Notes: a model not told the origin generated them from the sequence alone. Counted from the whole stretch's first letter, positions 23,536 through 34,488 are shown. The stretch is DNA of 63,990 nt, filler included, from 9 parts of 9 records of this genome joined end to end with filler, not necessarily neighbours in it, one strand, 5' to 3'. Numbers and translations: made by a program.

Positions 23536-24831
23536 ATGAATAGTAAAGATAGAGAAGGTTTCTTTGCAGATCCCAATGATCTTAATATGGATGATTATCT
23601 TGTCTTTGACTATTTCTTTGAATCGGTAACACCTCCGGAAGAAGCGGCGGCTCACCTCTGTATGGAACAGTCGACTGCACAATGGAAGAGGGTTGATGTT
23701 GAGGAAGATTTTAGAGATAAGTTTGGCGCAAAGGTTATTGATCTTGTTATTGAGCGTGAGTTGCCGCTGCCTACATATCCGACTTTAAGTGAAAAAGAAG
23801 TTCCAACCTATGCTTGCCGTGTGAAGATTGCGCATCCCCATGGTAATTTTGGTCCGAGAATTCCAAATTTAATAACAGCTGCCTGTGGAGAGGGTGCTTT
23901 CTTTTCTCCTGGAATTATTAATCTAAAACTCTTTGATATCGAATTTCCAGAGAGCTATTTGAAGAATTTTGAAGGTCCAAAGTTTGGAATAGATGGACTG
24001 AGAGATGCTCTTAATGTCTATGATCGTCCAATCTTTTTTGGTGTAATTAAGCCTAATGTTGGTTTAGCACCAGAACCTTTTGCTAAGCTTGCTTATGATA
24101 GTTGGCTTGGTGGTTTAGATATTGCGAAAGATGATGAGATGCTCTGTGATACAGAGTGGTCACCGTTAAAAGAGAGAGCGAAGACTCTAGGTGATGCGAG
24201 AAGACGTGCAGAAGAAGAGACTGGTGAAAAGAAGATCTATTTAGCAAATATCACAGACGAAGTTGATCGTCTTTTAGAACTTCATGATATTGCTGTTGCA
24301 GGTGGTGCAAATGCTTTGATGGTAAATGGTATGACGACAGGTCTAAGTGCCGTTAGAATGCTAAGAAAACATACAAAAGTTCCTCTGGTAGGTCATTTTG
24401 ATTTTATTGCGGCCTTTGGGAGGATGCCTGGTTTTGGTGTTCATTCAAAACTGCTTACTAAGCTCCAGAGATTGTGCGGTTTTGATGCCATTATTATGCC
24501 GGGTTTTGGTGAGAGAATGAAGACGCCAGAATATGAAGTTATGTTGAACGTCGATGAGTGTTTGAAAGACTTTGGTAATATTAAAAAATCTCTACCTGTT
24601 CCTGGCGGAAGTGATTGGGCAGGAACTCTTTCAAATGTTTATGAGAAGCTTGGAACAGTCGATTTTGGGTTTGTCCCTGGTCGTGGAGTCTTTGGCCATC
24701 CGATGGGGCCAAAAGGCGGCGCTGCCAGTTTGCGCCAAGCATGGAGTGCTATTAAAGAGGGCGCTTCAATTGAAGATCATGCCCCGCATAAACCAGAACT
24801 AAAATCAGCAATAGAAGCCTTTTCGAAATAA
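23536..24831 (+). CDS. RuBisCO-like protein (form IV, resembling the IV-Photo/Chlorobium type)
   Basis: [67 protein letters not shown]; these match my recollection of the Chlorobaculum tepidum RLP along its length. Confidence 0.92.
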   Translation: MNSKDREGFFADPNDLNMDDYLVFDYFFESVTPPEEAAAHLCMEQSTAQWKRVDVEEDFRDKFGAKVIDLVIERELPLPTYPTLSEKEVPTYACRVKIAHPHGNFGPRIPNLITAACGEGAFFSPGIINLKLFDIEFPESYLKNFEGPKFGIDGLRDALNVYDRPIFFGVIKPNVGLAPEPFAKLAYDSWLGGLDIAKDDEMLCDTEWSPLKERAKTLGDARRRAEEETGEKKIYLANITDEVDRLLELHDIAVAGGANALMVNGMTTGLSAVRMLRKHTKVPLVGHFDFIAAFGRMPGFGVHSKLLTKLQRLCGFDAIIMPGFGERMKTPEYEVMLNVDECLKDFGNIKKSLPVPGGSDWAGTLSNVYEKLGTVDFGFVPGRGVFGHPMGPKGGAASLRQAWSAIKEGASIEDHAPHKPELKSAIEAFSK

Positions 24832-24873
24832 GTTTGTTTGTGATGTCATCCTCGGACTTGATCCGGGGATCTA

Positions 24874-24973
24874 NNNNNNNNNNNNNNNNNNNNNNNNNNN
24901 NNNNNNNNNNNNNNNNNTTAATTAATTAANNNNNNNNNNNNNNNNNNNNNNNNNNNNNNNNNNNNNNNNNNNN
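24874..24973. other. Artificial contig-joining spacer
   Basis: Same 100-nt spacer. Confidence 0.99.
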
Positions 24974-25608
24974 GGGATTATATATAGATTTTTCCCATTG
25001 CAATCCCCTAAGAAAATTTGTTCTTCATTTTTGTCAAATTCCATTCCGACTGCCCATTTAATGGGAGTGTCAAATCTAGATCCATCAATTACAATTGTTT
25101 TTTTCATGGACTTGTTATACTTGGTGACTACATTGCCATGAACAACATATAAGTTTCCTGATTTATCTATTCGTATGTCGGTTGCTCCAGCCGGACCGCT
25201 GAAATCTTCTTCAATAATTGTTGTTTGTTTTCCGTTTGGTCGAACTTTTATAATTCGGTCTTTGGCTGCTACGAATAGGTTGCCTGTACGGTCGAAAGTC
25301 ATTGCCCATATTTTTGTATTGCTTGTCGTATCTTTTATCGTTGCAAATAATTTGAAAGATTTTTCAGGAGTTGCAGAATAAATAGATTGGCATCCTGCAA
25401 AAAATAACTGTCCATCATCGTTAAAGGCTATGGCATGAATACATTTCTGAACATTCAAAAATACCTCAGCTGATTCGAGGATTATAGTCGTGTCGGTTTC
25501 AATACCTTCTGTATATTGCTTTTGATGTTCAGGTTGTTTTCCGAATGTTTTTGTACAAACGATAATTAGTAATAAAATAAAGGTTTGTTTAATTGTAATG
25601 TTAGTCAT
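24974..25608 (-). CDS. Secreted beta-propeller protein (SMP-30/NHL-like), 3' truncated
   Basis: Signal peptide; blade repeats AIAFNDDGQLFF, AMTFDRTGNLFV, DIRIDKSGNLYV, GMEFDKNEEQIF. Confidence 0.65.
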
Positions 25609-25729
25609 ATGGAAGGAGCTTGGTTTTTAATCATACAATATTAATAGGAATTTATGTTCATTTAATAACTCCAATTGTAAATGTTTCTAAATGAGATAGT
25701 TTTCTCTTGAGTTTTGTTATCTGGTAATT

Positions 25730-26557
25730 CTACTTCTTAATTTGATAAGCAACAACCTGGTTTTTATAAAATGTAGGCACAAGTAGCAAATCGAGTTCTA
25801 GGGCAAAGTCGATATCAGCTGTATTTGTTTTATCTGCAGTACTGTCTAACATTTTGGTCATTTTTCCATCTTCTAAATAGAAGATACGACCAGCCCAGTT
25901 GGAGAATACAAAATTACCTTCATTATCTTTTTCCAGTCCATCTACTCCCTGGCAATTGGCTTGTATCTCTTTCATCTCTTTCGTTTTTATATCAACCTGA
26001 AAAATTTTATCTTTTCCGGTATATAATTTCCCATTCTCAGCAAACAGCCCATTGACATTGCCCGTCTGAGGATTGTGTAACCAAAGGCTGATTTCTCCAT
26101 CTTTTAAAAGATATATTTTCCCTGAATCAGAATCAGAAATAAAAACCATTCCGTTTTTACAAACCGCAATATCATTCAAATGTGGGTTTCCTTCAACTGA
26201 ATATTTCTTTAAAATTTTTGCACTTGCGATATCGATCTCAATTACTTCATCAACGTCAGTTACATATAACTTTCCATCAAAGATGCCCATTCCTTTTGGT
26301 GCACTCATTCCTTTTACCCATTCCAGTTCTTTAATTGTTCCATCAGTGTTTAATAAAGAAATAAATCCATTTCCATCTTTAACCCAAGGCTGTTCGTTAA
26401 TGTTTGAAACAAAAATGGTGGCAAGTTCATGGTCGTATAATACAGATTCAGGTGTTTTAAGATTCGATGTTTCCCAAACCTTAATCAGCTTTTGTCCGAA
26501 AGTTGAAAATGAAATACTTAGGAGGATGAAAAAGAAGAAATATTTTTTTGCTTTCAT
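25730..26557 (-). CDS. Secreted SMP-30/gluconolactonase-like beta-propeller
   Basis: KTPESVLYD, KDGNGFIS, APKGM, LNDIA, VNGL, VDGL, NTADI, VPTF. Confidence 0.8.
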   Translation of the reverse strand: MKAKKYFFFFILLSISFSTFGQKLIKVWETSNLKTPESVLYDHELATIFVSNINEQPWVKDGNGFISLLNTDGTIKELEWVKGMSAPKGMGIFDGKLYVTDVDEVIEIDIASAKILKKYSVEGNPHLNDIAVCKNGMVFISDSDSGKIYLLKDGEISLWLHNPQTGNVNGLFAENGKLYTGKDKIFQVDIKTKEMKEIQANCQGVDGLEKDNEGNFVFSNWAGRIFYLEDGKMTKMLDSTADKTNTADIDFALELDLLLVPTFYKNQVVAYQIKK

Positions 26558-26629
26558 GATGAATAATTTTAAGTTTACTAATTATACAATTGTAAGATTT
26601 CCATAAAGTTAAATTAAAATCACATTTTT

Positions 26630-27747
26630 ATGAATAAGATTTTTATCTCTGCACTTATTTTTTGTTAATACTATCCGGTTGTTCTAAAAATGAAATTGTT
26701 TTAATGTATGTTGGAACTTATTCTGATGGCAAAAGTGAAGGGATTTACAGCTACTTTTTTGATCAGGAAACCGGGAAGCTTGAATTTGCAAATGTAACAC
26801 CAAATCAGGAAGACCCTTCGTTTCTTGAAATTTCACTCGATAAACAGTACTTATATGTTGTTGCCGAAACTATAGAAGGTTCTGTAATTGATAGCGGATC
26901 TGTAAGTTCTTACAAAATATTAAAGGATGGAAAGCTTGAGAAAATAAATAATGAATCAACAAAAGGCTATCATCCGTGTCATGTCGCTGTTTCACCTAAT
27001 GGGGAACTTGTTGTTGCGTCAAATTATAGAAGTGGAAGCCTTAGTTTGTATCGGACAGAGAATGGAGTATTATCAGAATCATTTCAGTTAATCCAGCATG
27101 AAGGTTTGGGACTTGATAGTTCCAGACAAGAAGGCCCGCACGCACATTCTGCTTTGTTTGATGCTGAAGGGAAGTATCTTGTTTCTGCTGATTTGGGTAC
27201 AGATAAAATAGATTTTTATGAGCAGGGAGCTGATGGGAAATTCGTTCCTACAGATCAGGCTTTTATTTCAATGAAACCTGGAGCAGGTCCTCGACACTTT
27301 GCGTTTTCACCAGATAACCAATTTATATATGTAATGAATGAACTGAATGCAACTGTTACAGTTCTAAAAAAGGAGGTAAACGAGTTTGTTTTACAGGAAA
27401 CAGTATCTGCTTTACCTGAAGGTTATAAAGGTGCAAAATCGGGTGCTGATATTCATGTTAGTAAGGATGGAAGGTTTGTATATAGCTCAAACCGAGGACA
27501 CAATTCAATAGCGGTTTTCAAAAGAGATGTAGAAACCGGGAAAATACAATTGCAAGAGACAGAGTCTGTTCAGGGAGATTGGCCTCGTAATTTTGCATTG
27601 TCTCCAAATGGTGAGTTTTTATTGGTTGCAAATCAGCATAGTAACAATATTTCGGTTTTAAAAATAAATGAAAAAGGGAATCTTGATTATACCGGAAATA
27701 GTGTTGAAGTGCCAAGTCCTGTGTGTTTGAAGTTTTTGGTGAAATGA
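26630..27747 (+). CDS. Lactonase family (6-phosphogluconolactonase, Pgl/YbhE-type) lipoprotein; 1-nt slip in T6 at 26658-26663
   Basis: YVGTY, PSFL, PCHV, RQEGPHAH, DLGTD, GAGPRH, SNRGHNSI, WPRNF; ATG 26630 restores a signal peptide ending LSGC. Confidence 0.88.
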
Positions 27748-27843
27748 TACCAAAGTGCTTCATTAATTATTATTAACAAAAAAGCTTTAACTTGTTTTAT
27801 CTAAAATTGTTTTTGGAGGATATACTATTAAAGCTAATCAACC

Positions 27844-29247
27844 ATGAAAAAAGTATTTTCTATATTTTCTGTTGCAACCTTTCTCATTTTTACCTTCCTA
27901 AGTTGTTCGATGAGGAATAATCATCAAGAAGAAAAAGTATTAAAAGCTGCTGAAAATTATCAAAATTTTTGTGCCGGTTGTCATGGCGATAATCTTGAGA
28001 AATTTGAAAAAAAGGACTGGATGTATGGGGATAATATCCAGAGTGTAATAAACAGCATTGCTTATGGGCAGGAAGATATTGGAATGCCTGCTTTTCAGGT
28101 TACTTTTTCAGTTGAAGAAATTGCAGCATTGGCCAGTTATGTGAAAGAAGGGATTCCTGAAGATAGAGAAACATTACAGCCTGCATTATCTGCCAGTAAC
28201 ACCGTTGAATCTGAAGTGCAAAGTTTTATTGTAGACACAGTTGTTAGTGGTTTGAATATACCGTGGGGATTGGAGTTTTTGCCCAATGGCGATTTGCTAA
28301 TAGCAGAGCGTTCTGCAAAGCTTTTTCGATTTACAAATAATCAATTACAGCAAATAAGTGGATTGCCTGAAATTATGGTTAAAGGACAAGGAGGATTGCT
28401 TGATTTGGAATTGCATCCGAATTATAAAAGCAATGGTTGGATTTATATTTCTTACTCAGGCTTTGGCAATAGCAACTCTGAAGGATGTACAAACATTATG
28501 CGAGCTAAGCTAAATGGGAATAGATTGGTTGATCAGGAAGTAATTTTTAACGGGTATCCTGATTCAAATAAAGGTCAGCATTGGGGATGTAAGCTAGAGT
28601 TTGATAAAAGTGGATTTTTATTTTTTGGTATTGGCGACCGGGGAAACCGTGATGTTAATCCACAAAACCTGGATAACCATTGTGGTAAAATACATCGCAT
28701 AAATGATGATGGTTCAATCCCATCAGATAATCCTTTTGTAAATACAGATGGTGCAATGCCAAGTATTTATTCTTATGGACATCGAAACCCACAGGGAACT
28801 TGTATGCACCCTGAAACCGGAGATATTTGGGAAACAGAACATGGTCCAAGGGGTGGTGATGAGTTAAATATTATAAAACCGGGCATAAATTACGGTTGGC
28901 CGGTGATTAGTTATGGGATAAATTATAATGGAACAATATTTACTGAATTAACAGAAAAGGAAGGTATGGAACAGCCCATTACTTATTGGGATCCATCGAT
29001 TGCGCCTTGTGGAACTACTTTTGTAAAAGGGGATCGTTATAGGAATTGGAAAAATAATATTTTGGTTGGTTCTCTTCGCTTTCAGTATTTAGAGCGAGTT
29101 GTTTTAGATGGAAACAAGGTAACTCATCATGAGAAATTATTGGAAGGAATTGGCCGTGTTCGAAATGTAGAAATGAGTCCTGATGGTTTTATTTATGTAG
29201 CTATTGAAAATCCTGGGAAAATATTGAAGCTAGTACCCGTGAACTAG
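27844..29247 (+). CDS. Cytochrome c domain fused to PQQ-dependent sugar dehydrogenase (GSDH), lipoprotein
   Basis: LSC lipobox; CAGCH heme motif plus MPAF; PWGLEFLP, GQGGLLD, SYGHRNPQG, EHGPRGGDELN, NYGWP. Confidence 0.92.
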   Translation: MKKVFSIFSVATFLIFTFLSCSMRNNHQEEKVLKAAENYQNFCAGCHGDNLEKFEKKDWMYGDNIQSVINSIAYGQEDIGMPAFQVTFSVEEIAALASYVKEGIPEDRETLQPALSASNTVESEVQSFIVDTVVSGLNIPWGLEFLPNGDLLIAERSAKLFRFTNNQLQQISGLPEIMVKGQGGLLDLELHPNYKSNGWIYISYSGFGNSNSEGCTNIMRAKLNGNRLVDQEVIFNGYPDSNKGQHWGCKLEFDKSGFLFFGIGDRGNRDVNPQNLDNHCGKIHRINDDGSIPSDNPFVNTDGAMPSIYSYGHRNPQGTCMHPETGDIWETEHGPRGGDELNIIKPGINYGWPVISYGINYNGTIFTELTEKEGMEQPITYWDPSIAPCGTTFVKGDRYRNWKNNILVGSLRFQYLERVVLDGNKVTHHEKLLEGIGRVRNVEMSPDGFIYVAIENPGKILKLVPVN

Positions 29248-29343
29248 TTTTATATTCGTTGAATTAAACAATTTTAAATGAGGTTTGTCGTTCTGTACAG
29301 ATCAAATATTAATGTGTTTCTTTGTTAAGTTCTAGACAAATAG

Positions 29344-30453
29344 ATGAAATTCAGAAAACTTATGTCGGTATTAATGGTTTTGTTCCTGATCTCGGGAGCA
29401 GTATATGTTTGGTTTAAAGTTAATCCATCGTTTGGTGGAAGAATTGAGGGTGAGCGCTTGGAGCGAATGCAGAAGTCTCTGAATTTTCGTGATGGGAAGT
29501 TTCAAAATCCGGTTGAAACAGAAATGCAAACTGATGATATGCCTTTCTTTAAAATTCTACGCGAATTCTTTTTTGCAAAAGGAGATCGTGTTCCTGGAAG
29601 TCCGGTTCAAGTTAAAAAGTATAAGCCTAGTCCATCTACAGAAAATAATCAATCGGCAAGAGTTACGTGGTTGGGACATTCTACGGTATTATTAGAAATG
29701 GAAGAAAAGGTAATTTTAACTGATCCGGTTTTTGGCAAACGGGTTTCACCTATTTCTTTCATGGGAACAAAAGCTTTCCCTTATTCGCATAAATACGAAT
29801 TGGATGATCTTCCTGAAATTGATCTGGTAATTATTTCACACGATCATTACGATCATCTTGATTATCGTACAATCCTGGAACTGAAGGATAAAAATGCAAT
29901 GTTTGTTATGCCTTTAGGGGTTGGAACACATTTGGAGCGATGGGGTATAAGTTCAAATCGAATTACTGAATTAGACTGGTGGGAAAGTTATGAGTTTGGA
30001 AATATTAAGTTTTCGGCTACTCCTGCACGTCATTTTTCAGGAAGAAGAACGAATAACCGATTTTCAACCTTATGGGCTTCGTGGGTGATTGAAGGTAAAG
30101 ATGAGCGAATCTTTTTTGGAGCTGATTCTGGTTATTTCCCCGGTTTTAAAGAGATTAGCAATAAATATGGTGAATTTGATTTGGTAATGCTCGAGTGTGG
30201 GCAGTATAGTAAATATTGGCCGTTTATTCATATGTCTCCGGAAGAAACATATCAGGCGGCTGTAGATCTGAAAGCAACAAAATTATTACCAATTCACTGG
30301 GCTAAATATAAACTAAGTATTCATAGTTGGACTGAGCCAGTTGAGCGTTTATTAAAAGCTTCGGATGGTTCTGTTAAAGTTACAACCCCCATGATTGGTC
30401 AATCATTAAACCTTAACGATGCTATTTTTGATACTAAATGGTGGATTGAATAG
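29344..30453 (+). CDS. MBL-fold metallo-hydrolase (RomA/NAPE-PLD-like)
   Basis: WLGHST, TDPVF, ISHDHYDHLD, PARHFSGR, DSGY, PIHW. Confidence 0.9.
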   Translation: MKFRKLMSVLMVLFLISGAVYVWFKVNPSFGGRIEGERLERMQKSLNFRDGKFQNPVETEMQTDDMPFFKILREFFFAKGDRVPGSPVQVKKYKPSPSTENNQSARVTWLGHSTVLLEMEEKVILTDPVFGKRVSPISFMGTKAFPYSHKYELDDLPEIDLVIISHDHYDHLDYRTILELKDKNAMFVMPLGVGTHLERWGISSNRITELDWWESYEFGNIKFSATPARHFSGRRTNNRFSTLWASWVIEGKDERIFFGADSGYFPGFKEISNKYGEFDLVMLECGQYSKYWPFIHMSPEETYQAAVDLKATKLLPIHWAKYKLSIHSWTEPVERLLKASDGSVKVTTPMIGQSLNLNDAIFDTKWWIE

Positions 30454-31492
30454 TCTCCATTTATGTTTGGTTCTTTTTTCAATCATAAATTCCTTTGGGT
30501 TATAGAAAATCCGATCTCTTTTAATTGCTTGTCTGTATAATCTCCAATTCTCAATGTAAGCAAGACCTTTGCGTAACAAATCAAAATATAAGGAAATCAT
30601 CAATAATAGAGTGAATAGCCATAGAATTAGAATATTGAAAACCATGGTGTCTATTTTAAAATTCCCCAAATATTTATTGGCTGCATAAAAATGGGCACTC
30701 CCATTTTTGTAGGCTGGTTTTCTATAGATAGGCTCATCCCCTTGAATAATTGAATTTCCATGTACATAAATCTTCTTTGAAGAATATTTATCCCGAACTA
30801 GGGTTTCAAGCTTAATATTTGAGTATTTGTTTTTGAACTCACTTACTGTCATATTATCTTCACCCAACTCAGTTAAAAGAGTTTGATACTTGGTTTCCAG
30901 TTCTTTGGTGGCAATTCTGTATTGCGATTTATATTCTTTAGATGCTTTATCCAGATACGAGTTTAATAATTGATATGAAGTTGAGTTAAAGGTTATATCC
31001 TCAAGTGAATAAATTGCCCAATGAACTGAATCGTTTGTAGGTTTAATGTCATTTATAATTTTATTAAACGAATTAGTTAAAAGAGGAGCTATTGAACCAG
31101 CAGATTCAGATTCATCTTTTTCAAGAAATATTTTGTATGAAATTAGATACTTTTCGACTTCAGGCAGCATGTGAAAAGCCTTAAAATTCAGTTCGTTTTT
31201 AGTTACCTCTTCTTCAAAAATATATTCTTGGTAATTGTTGCTTTTGAATAGATTGACGGCTAGTGCCTCGTATGCCCATCGCGATGCCATAACATCTCCA
31301 ATGATTGGAGTACGGTCATAACTACTCAACGAATCGTGCATTTTATTAAAGTCGATGATTACACCACTTAATAGTAGTTGAGGAACCAACATCAAGGGGA
31401 TCATGATATAAATGGTAACAATCGAGTTTAGTCCTGCAGAAAGGTTTAATCCAAGTAGATTGGCAAAACACGCAGTTGAAAAAAGAATAGCC
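30406..31492 (-). CDS. ABC transporter (ABCG-like) permease C-terminal part, 5' truncated
   Basis: Upstream frame reads FANLLGLNLSAGLNSIVTIYI, then MIPLMLVPQLLLSGV..MASRWAYEAL. Confidence 0.75.
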
Positions 31493-31592
31493 NNNNNNNN
31501 NNNNNNNNNNNNNNNNNNNNNNNNNNNNNNNNNNNNTTAATTAATTAANNNNNNNNNNNNNNNNNNNNNNNNNNNNNNNNNNNNNNNNNNNN
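31493..31592. other. Artificial contig-joining spacer
   Basis: Same 100-nt spacer. Confidence 0.99.
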
Positions 31593-31836
31593 GCATCTGC
31601 AGTCTGATTACATCATCACCTTCGCTGCCTTCTTCTAGCAAAAAAGGCTCTTCTGTTGTAGCAGATTCTTCATCAGAATCAGAAGGATCTGCCTTTACAG
31701 TACCAATTTGACAAACAAAACTAACAAGTATTGTCAAACTTAAAAATATTATCGATAGTTTTTTTATTGAAATCATTATCCATTCCTCTTGGTCCACTCG
31801 TTTATCTTCTGTATTTCTGTGTTTTGATAATAACAT
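31593..31836 (-). CDS. Secreted peptidoglycan-binding-domain protein, N-terminal fragment (start uncertain)
   Basis: Signal peptide followed by LLEEGSEGDDVIRLQ (start of PG_binding_1). Confidence 0.65.
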
Positions 31837-32084
31837 ATATTCGATAAGATGTAAATAGGATGTAACGGAAATGTAACAATTGCCAAATACATGGTTTTGT
31901 GCATATTCATAATTTATTCACATATTATTTAAACAATGTTTTATTAAATTTGATAAAATAGCCAAATAGATAGATTTCAGAATTGAAATCTTAACAGAAT
32001 CAGAAGTTACCATGTATATTTGTTGATACAATTACAACTCTATAGATTATGGCGTAATTTAAGGACTGGTATTAAGGGTTTGAA

Positions 32085-32279
32085 ATGGGTATTTTTAATA
32101 AAGCAGGCAAGGCAATAATTTGCCGCCTGAAAATATTATATTTTAATTTGGATGGTAGTAATCTTTATAAGTATGTGATGTGCAAAAAATGTAAAGAATG
32201 TATTCGTTTGCCAAAAAATAAAGGCAAACTTATTGTGTCCTGTCCTAAGTGCGGAGAAGTATCAGAAGTTGAAACGTAA
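32085..32279 (+). CDS. Small zinc-ribbon protein
   Basis: CKKC...IRLPKNKGKLIVSCPKC. Confidence 0.65.
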   Translation: MGIFNKAGKAIICRLKILYFNLDGSNLYKYVMCKKCKECIRLPKNKGKLIVSCPKCGEVSEVET

Positions 32280-32372
32280 GTTATGTTATTTACTGTTTAA
32301 AAATATAATAAAGTAACCAAATTGCCTCGGAGTGAGTATTATATAAGGAATAATACTCACAGGAGGTATGAA

Positions 32373-32636
32373 ATGTCAGGTTTATTAAATGCGTTCGGTT
32401 TTGGAGGCAATTGCAATAATGACTGTGATGATAATTTTATTTGGATCTTAATAATATTGCTTTTGTTTTGCGGAAATGGCTTCGGATGCAATGATGGATG
32501 TAATGATGGATGCAATAATAACTTATTCGGTGGGGACTGCATCTGGATAATAGTACTATTACTTTTGTTCTTTTGCTGTAACAATAACAACTGCTGCAAC
32601 AGCTGTGAATGTGCGGAATGCACATGCGAAGCATAA
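32373..32636 (+). CDS. Small Cys/Asn-rich protein with duplicated hydrophobic repeat (possibly spore-associated)
   Basis: AGGAGG at 32361 before ATG 32373; two IWI(L/I)xxLLL.F.C repeats; followed by a terminator. Confidence 0.75.
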   Translation: MSGLLNAFGFGGNCNNDCDDNFIWILIILLLFCGNGFGCNDGCNDGCNNNLFGGDCIWIIVLLLLFFCCNNNNCCNSCECAECTCEA

Positions 32637-32650
32637 TCCATTGCCAACAT

Positions 32651-32695
32651 AAAAAAAGGGCGTATCCGCTTAAGTTATTTAAGGATACGCCTTTT
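32651..32695. terminator. Bidirectional intrinsic terminator
   Basis: A7, GGCGTATCC..GGATACGCC stem, T4; between convergent genes. Confidence 0.8.
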
Positions 32696-32719
32696 ATTAT
32701 TCAATTTACCGAAATTTAT

Positions 32720-34288
32720 TTAATTTAATGCACCGATTTTATACAGATATGAAACACCTATTTCCTGAGCCAAGGTTGTCAGAAGACCGGAGTTTCTTGC
32801 ATTTCTTTCATATTGTGCGTATTCATCAACATCAATCTCACCTTTTATATACTTCTCAGCGGCTGTACGCATTAGCTCGGTATACTCTGCCAATGCAGTT
32901 TCAGCATTATCGTTTAATTCTACGGTTACAGGATAAAATATTTCGCTTTGGGACAGATAGTTTTGTGCATTTGTTTGAAGAGTGTTTTGCGCCATAATAT
33001 CATCAGTCAATTGCACATATGTGGGTTTGGTGTACAGCATTTCTGTAGATAAACCCAAGGTATACAGTCCAGCGTATGGTATGTTTTCTAGTGAGTAGTC
33101 ATTGATATATTCATATTCTCCCAGCGCAGGGTTATAATAAAGATGCTCACCGTATGCACCTAATTCAGTCATAGTATGATTTAATTGATTTGTATAAGCC
33201 CAGTCTAGATACGTCATTAATGCTTCACTGTTTTGTCCGCTTCCTGTAAACATTAAAACAGTATCCACTTTTTCTTCGCCTGAAAGTATAGGATCATCTG
33301 TATACTTTGTAGCTAAAGGAGCGATAACCTTTAATTCAGCGTCGGGGAATGTACTTTTAAGCATTGTTCTGTCGCTGAATAAATCGTCATATTCGGCTAT
33401 ATATATAGCGGATCTGCCTGCCATGAATTCAGCTTTCATTTCATCTGGTGTAGCGGTGAATAAATCAGGATGAAGGTAGCCGTTTTCATATAATAGTTTC
33501 ATTTCTTCAAGAAAATACTCTACATAATACATTGACTGTTCTCTCATGATAAAGGCATTGGTGTCACTTTCATGAGTATAGGCTTCCGGTGAAACGTTGC
33601 TGACACAGGCTAAAATATCAATAAGCTGATCCCATGTTACAGCCAAAGGATATTCAAATCCCGCCATTTTATAAAAATTACATAAGGCTATTAACTCAGA
33701 ATATGAAGTTATTTCGTCATATGTGAACATGTAAAGCATATCGGTTCTTGTTACCATCATGCTCTCTTCAGGGTAGGGTATGCTGGGAATGCCGTAAATT
33801 TGTGAGTCGTAAGTAACCTCTTCCCAGTAGGATTCATCAATAGTGTTGTATATATTTGTTCCATAGGTGCTTAACAATGAGTCGATAGGCTTAACTAATC
33901 CCAAGCTAACATAAGTTTCCAACATATTGTAATCTGCTGTAATTGAATCAATATAGGTGTTTGAAGATAATAATTCGTTTAGCTCATTTGTAAAGTCATT
34001 TTCGGATAGCTCAATAACTTCAAAGTCTACTTTTACACCTTTGTCATCTGCAATGGTTTCAATGATTTTTTGCTTTGCAATTTCATTTCCTACACTATAG
34101 TCAACATCGCTGTTTTTTGGAACTACAGATATGAATGTGCCCAAATCATTCAGGGTTGACTCAGCAGGGTCAGCTGTAATTGTCTGCTGTGTTTCGGCAT
34201 TTTCTTTATTTAAATTACATGATACCAGAAATATTGCCATTATAAGCATTAGTATTATTAAATATATTTTTTTTGAGTATAATCTCAT
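32720..34288 (-). CDS. ABC transporter extracellular solute-binding lipoprotein (carbohydrate type, LplA-like)
   Basis: LVSC lipobox; QIYGIP, LYENGYLHPD, YLDW, G.YGEHLY. Confidence 0.8.
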   Translation of the reverse strand: MRLYSKKIYLIILMLIMAIFLVSCNLNKENAETQQTITADPAESTLNDLGTFISVVPKNSDVDYSVGNEIAKQKIIETIADDKGVKVDFEVIELSENDFTNELNELLSSNTYIDSITADYNMLETYVSLGLVKPIDSLLSTYGTNIYNTIDESYWEEVTYDSQIYGIPSIPYPEESMMVTRTDMLYMFTYDEITSYSELIALCNFYKMAGFEYPLAVTWDQLIDILACVSNVSPEAYTHESDTNAFIMREQSMYYVEYFLEEMKLLYENGYLHPDLFTATPDEMKAEFMAGRSAIYIAEYDDLFSDRTMLKSTFPDAELKVIAPLATKYTDDPILSGEEKVDTVLMFTGSGQNSEALMTYLDWAYTNQLNHTMTELGAYGEHLYYNPALGEYEYINDYSLENIPYAGLYTLGLSTEMLYTKPTYVQLTDDIMAQNTLQTNAQNYLSQSEIFYPVTVELNDNAETALAEYTELMRTAAEKYIKGEIDVDEYAQYERNARNSGLLTTLAQEIGVSYLYKIGALN

Positions 34289-34488
34289 AAATCCTCCAAT
34301 TTCGAAGTGATAGTAGCTGAAAATTGTTACACATCATTATAATAATATCTTAATAAAAAGTCAATGCTGTGTTAGAACTTGTAACATAACTGAGATAAAA
34401 CCAAGGGATTCGCACTTTTCAATTGCACAATACTACATACTTTGATAAAATGTTTTAAAGATAGGCAAAAATATAGGGGTAAATACAT

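Noticed and set aside
23536-24831. Bona fide CO2-fixing RuBisCO (Calvin cycle)
   Set aside because: Form IV sequence features; no rbcS, prk or cbb genes in the contig.
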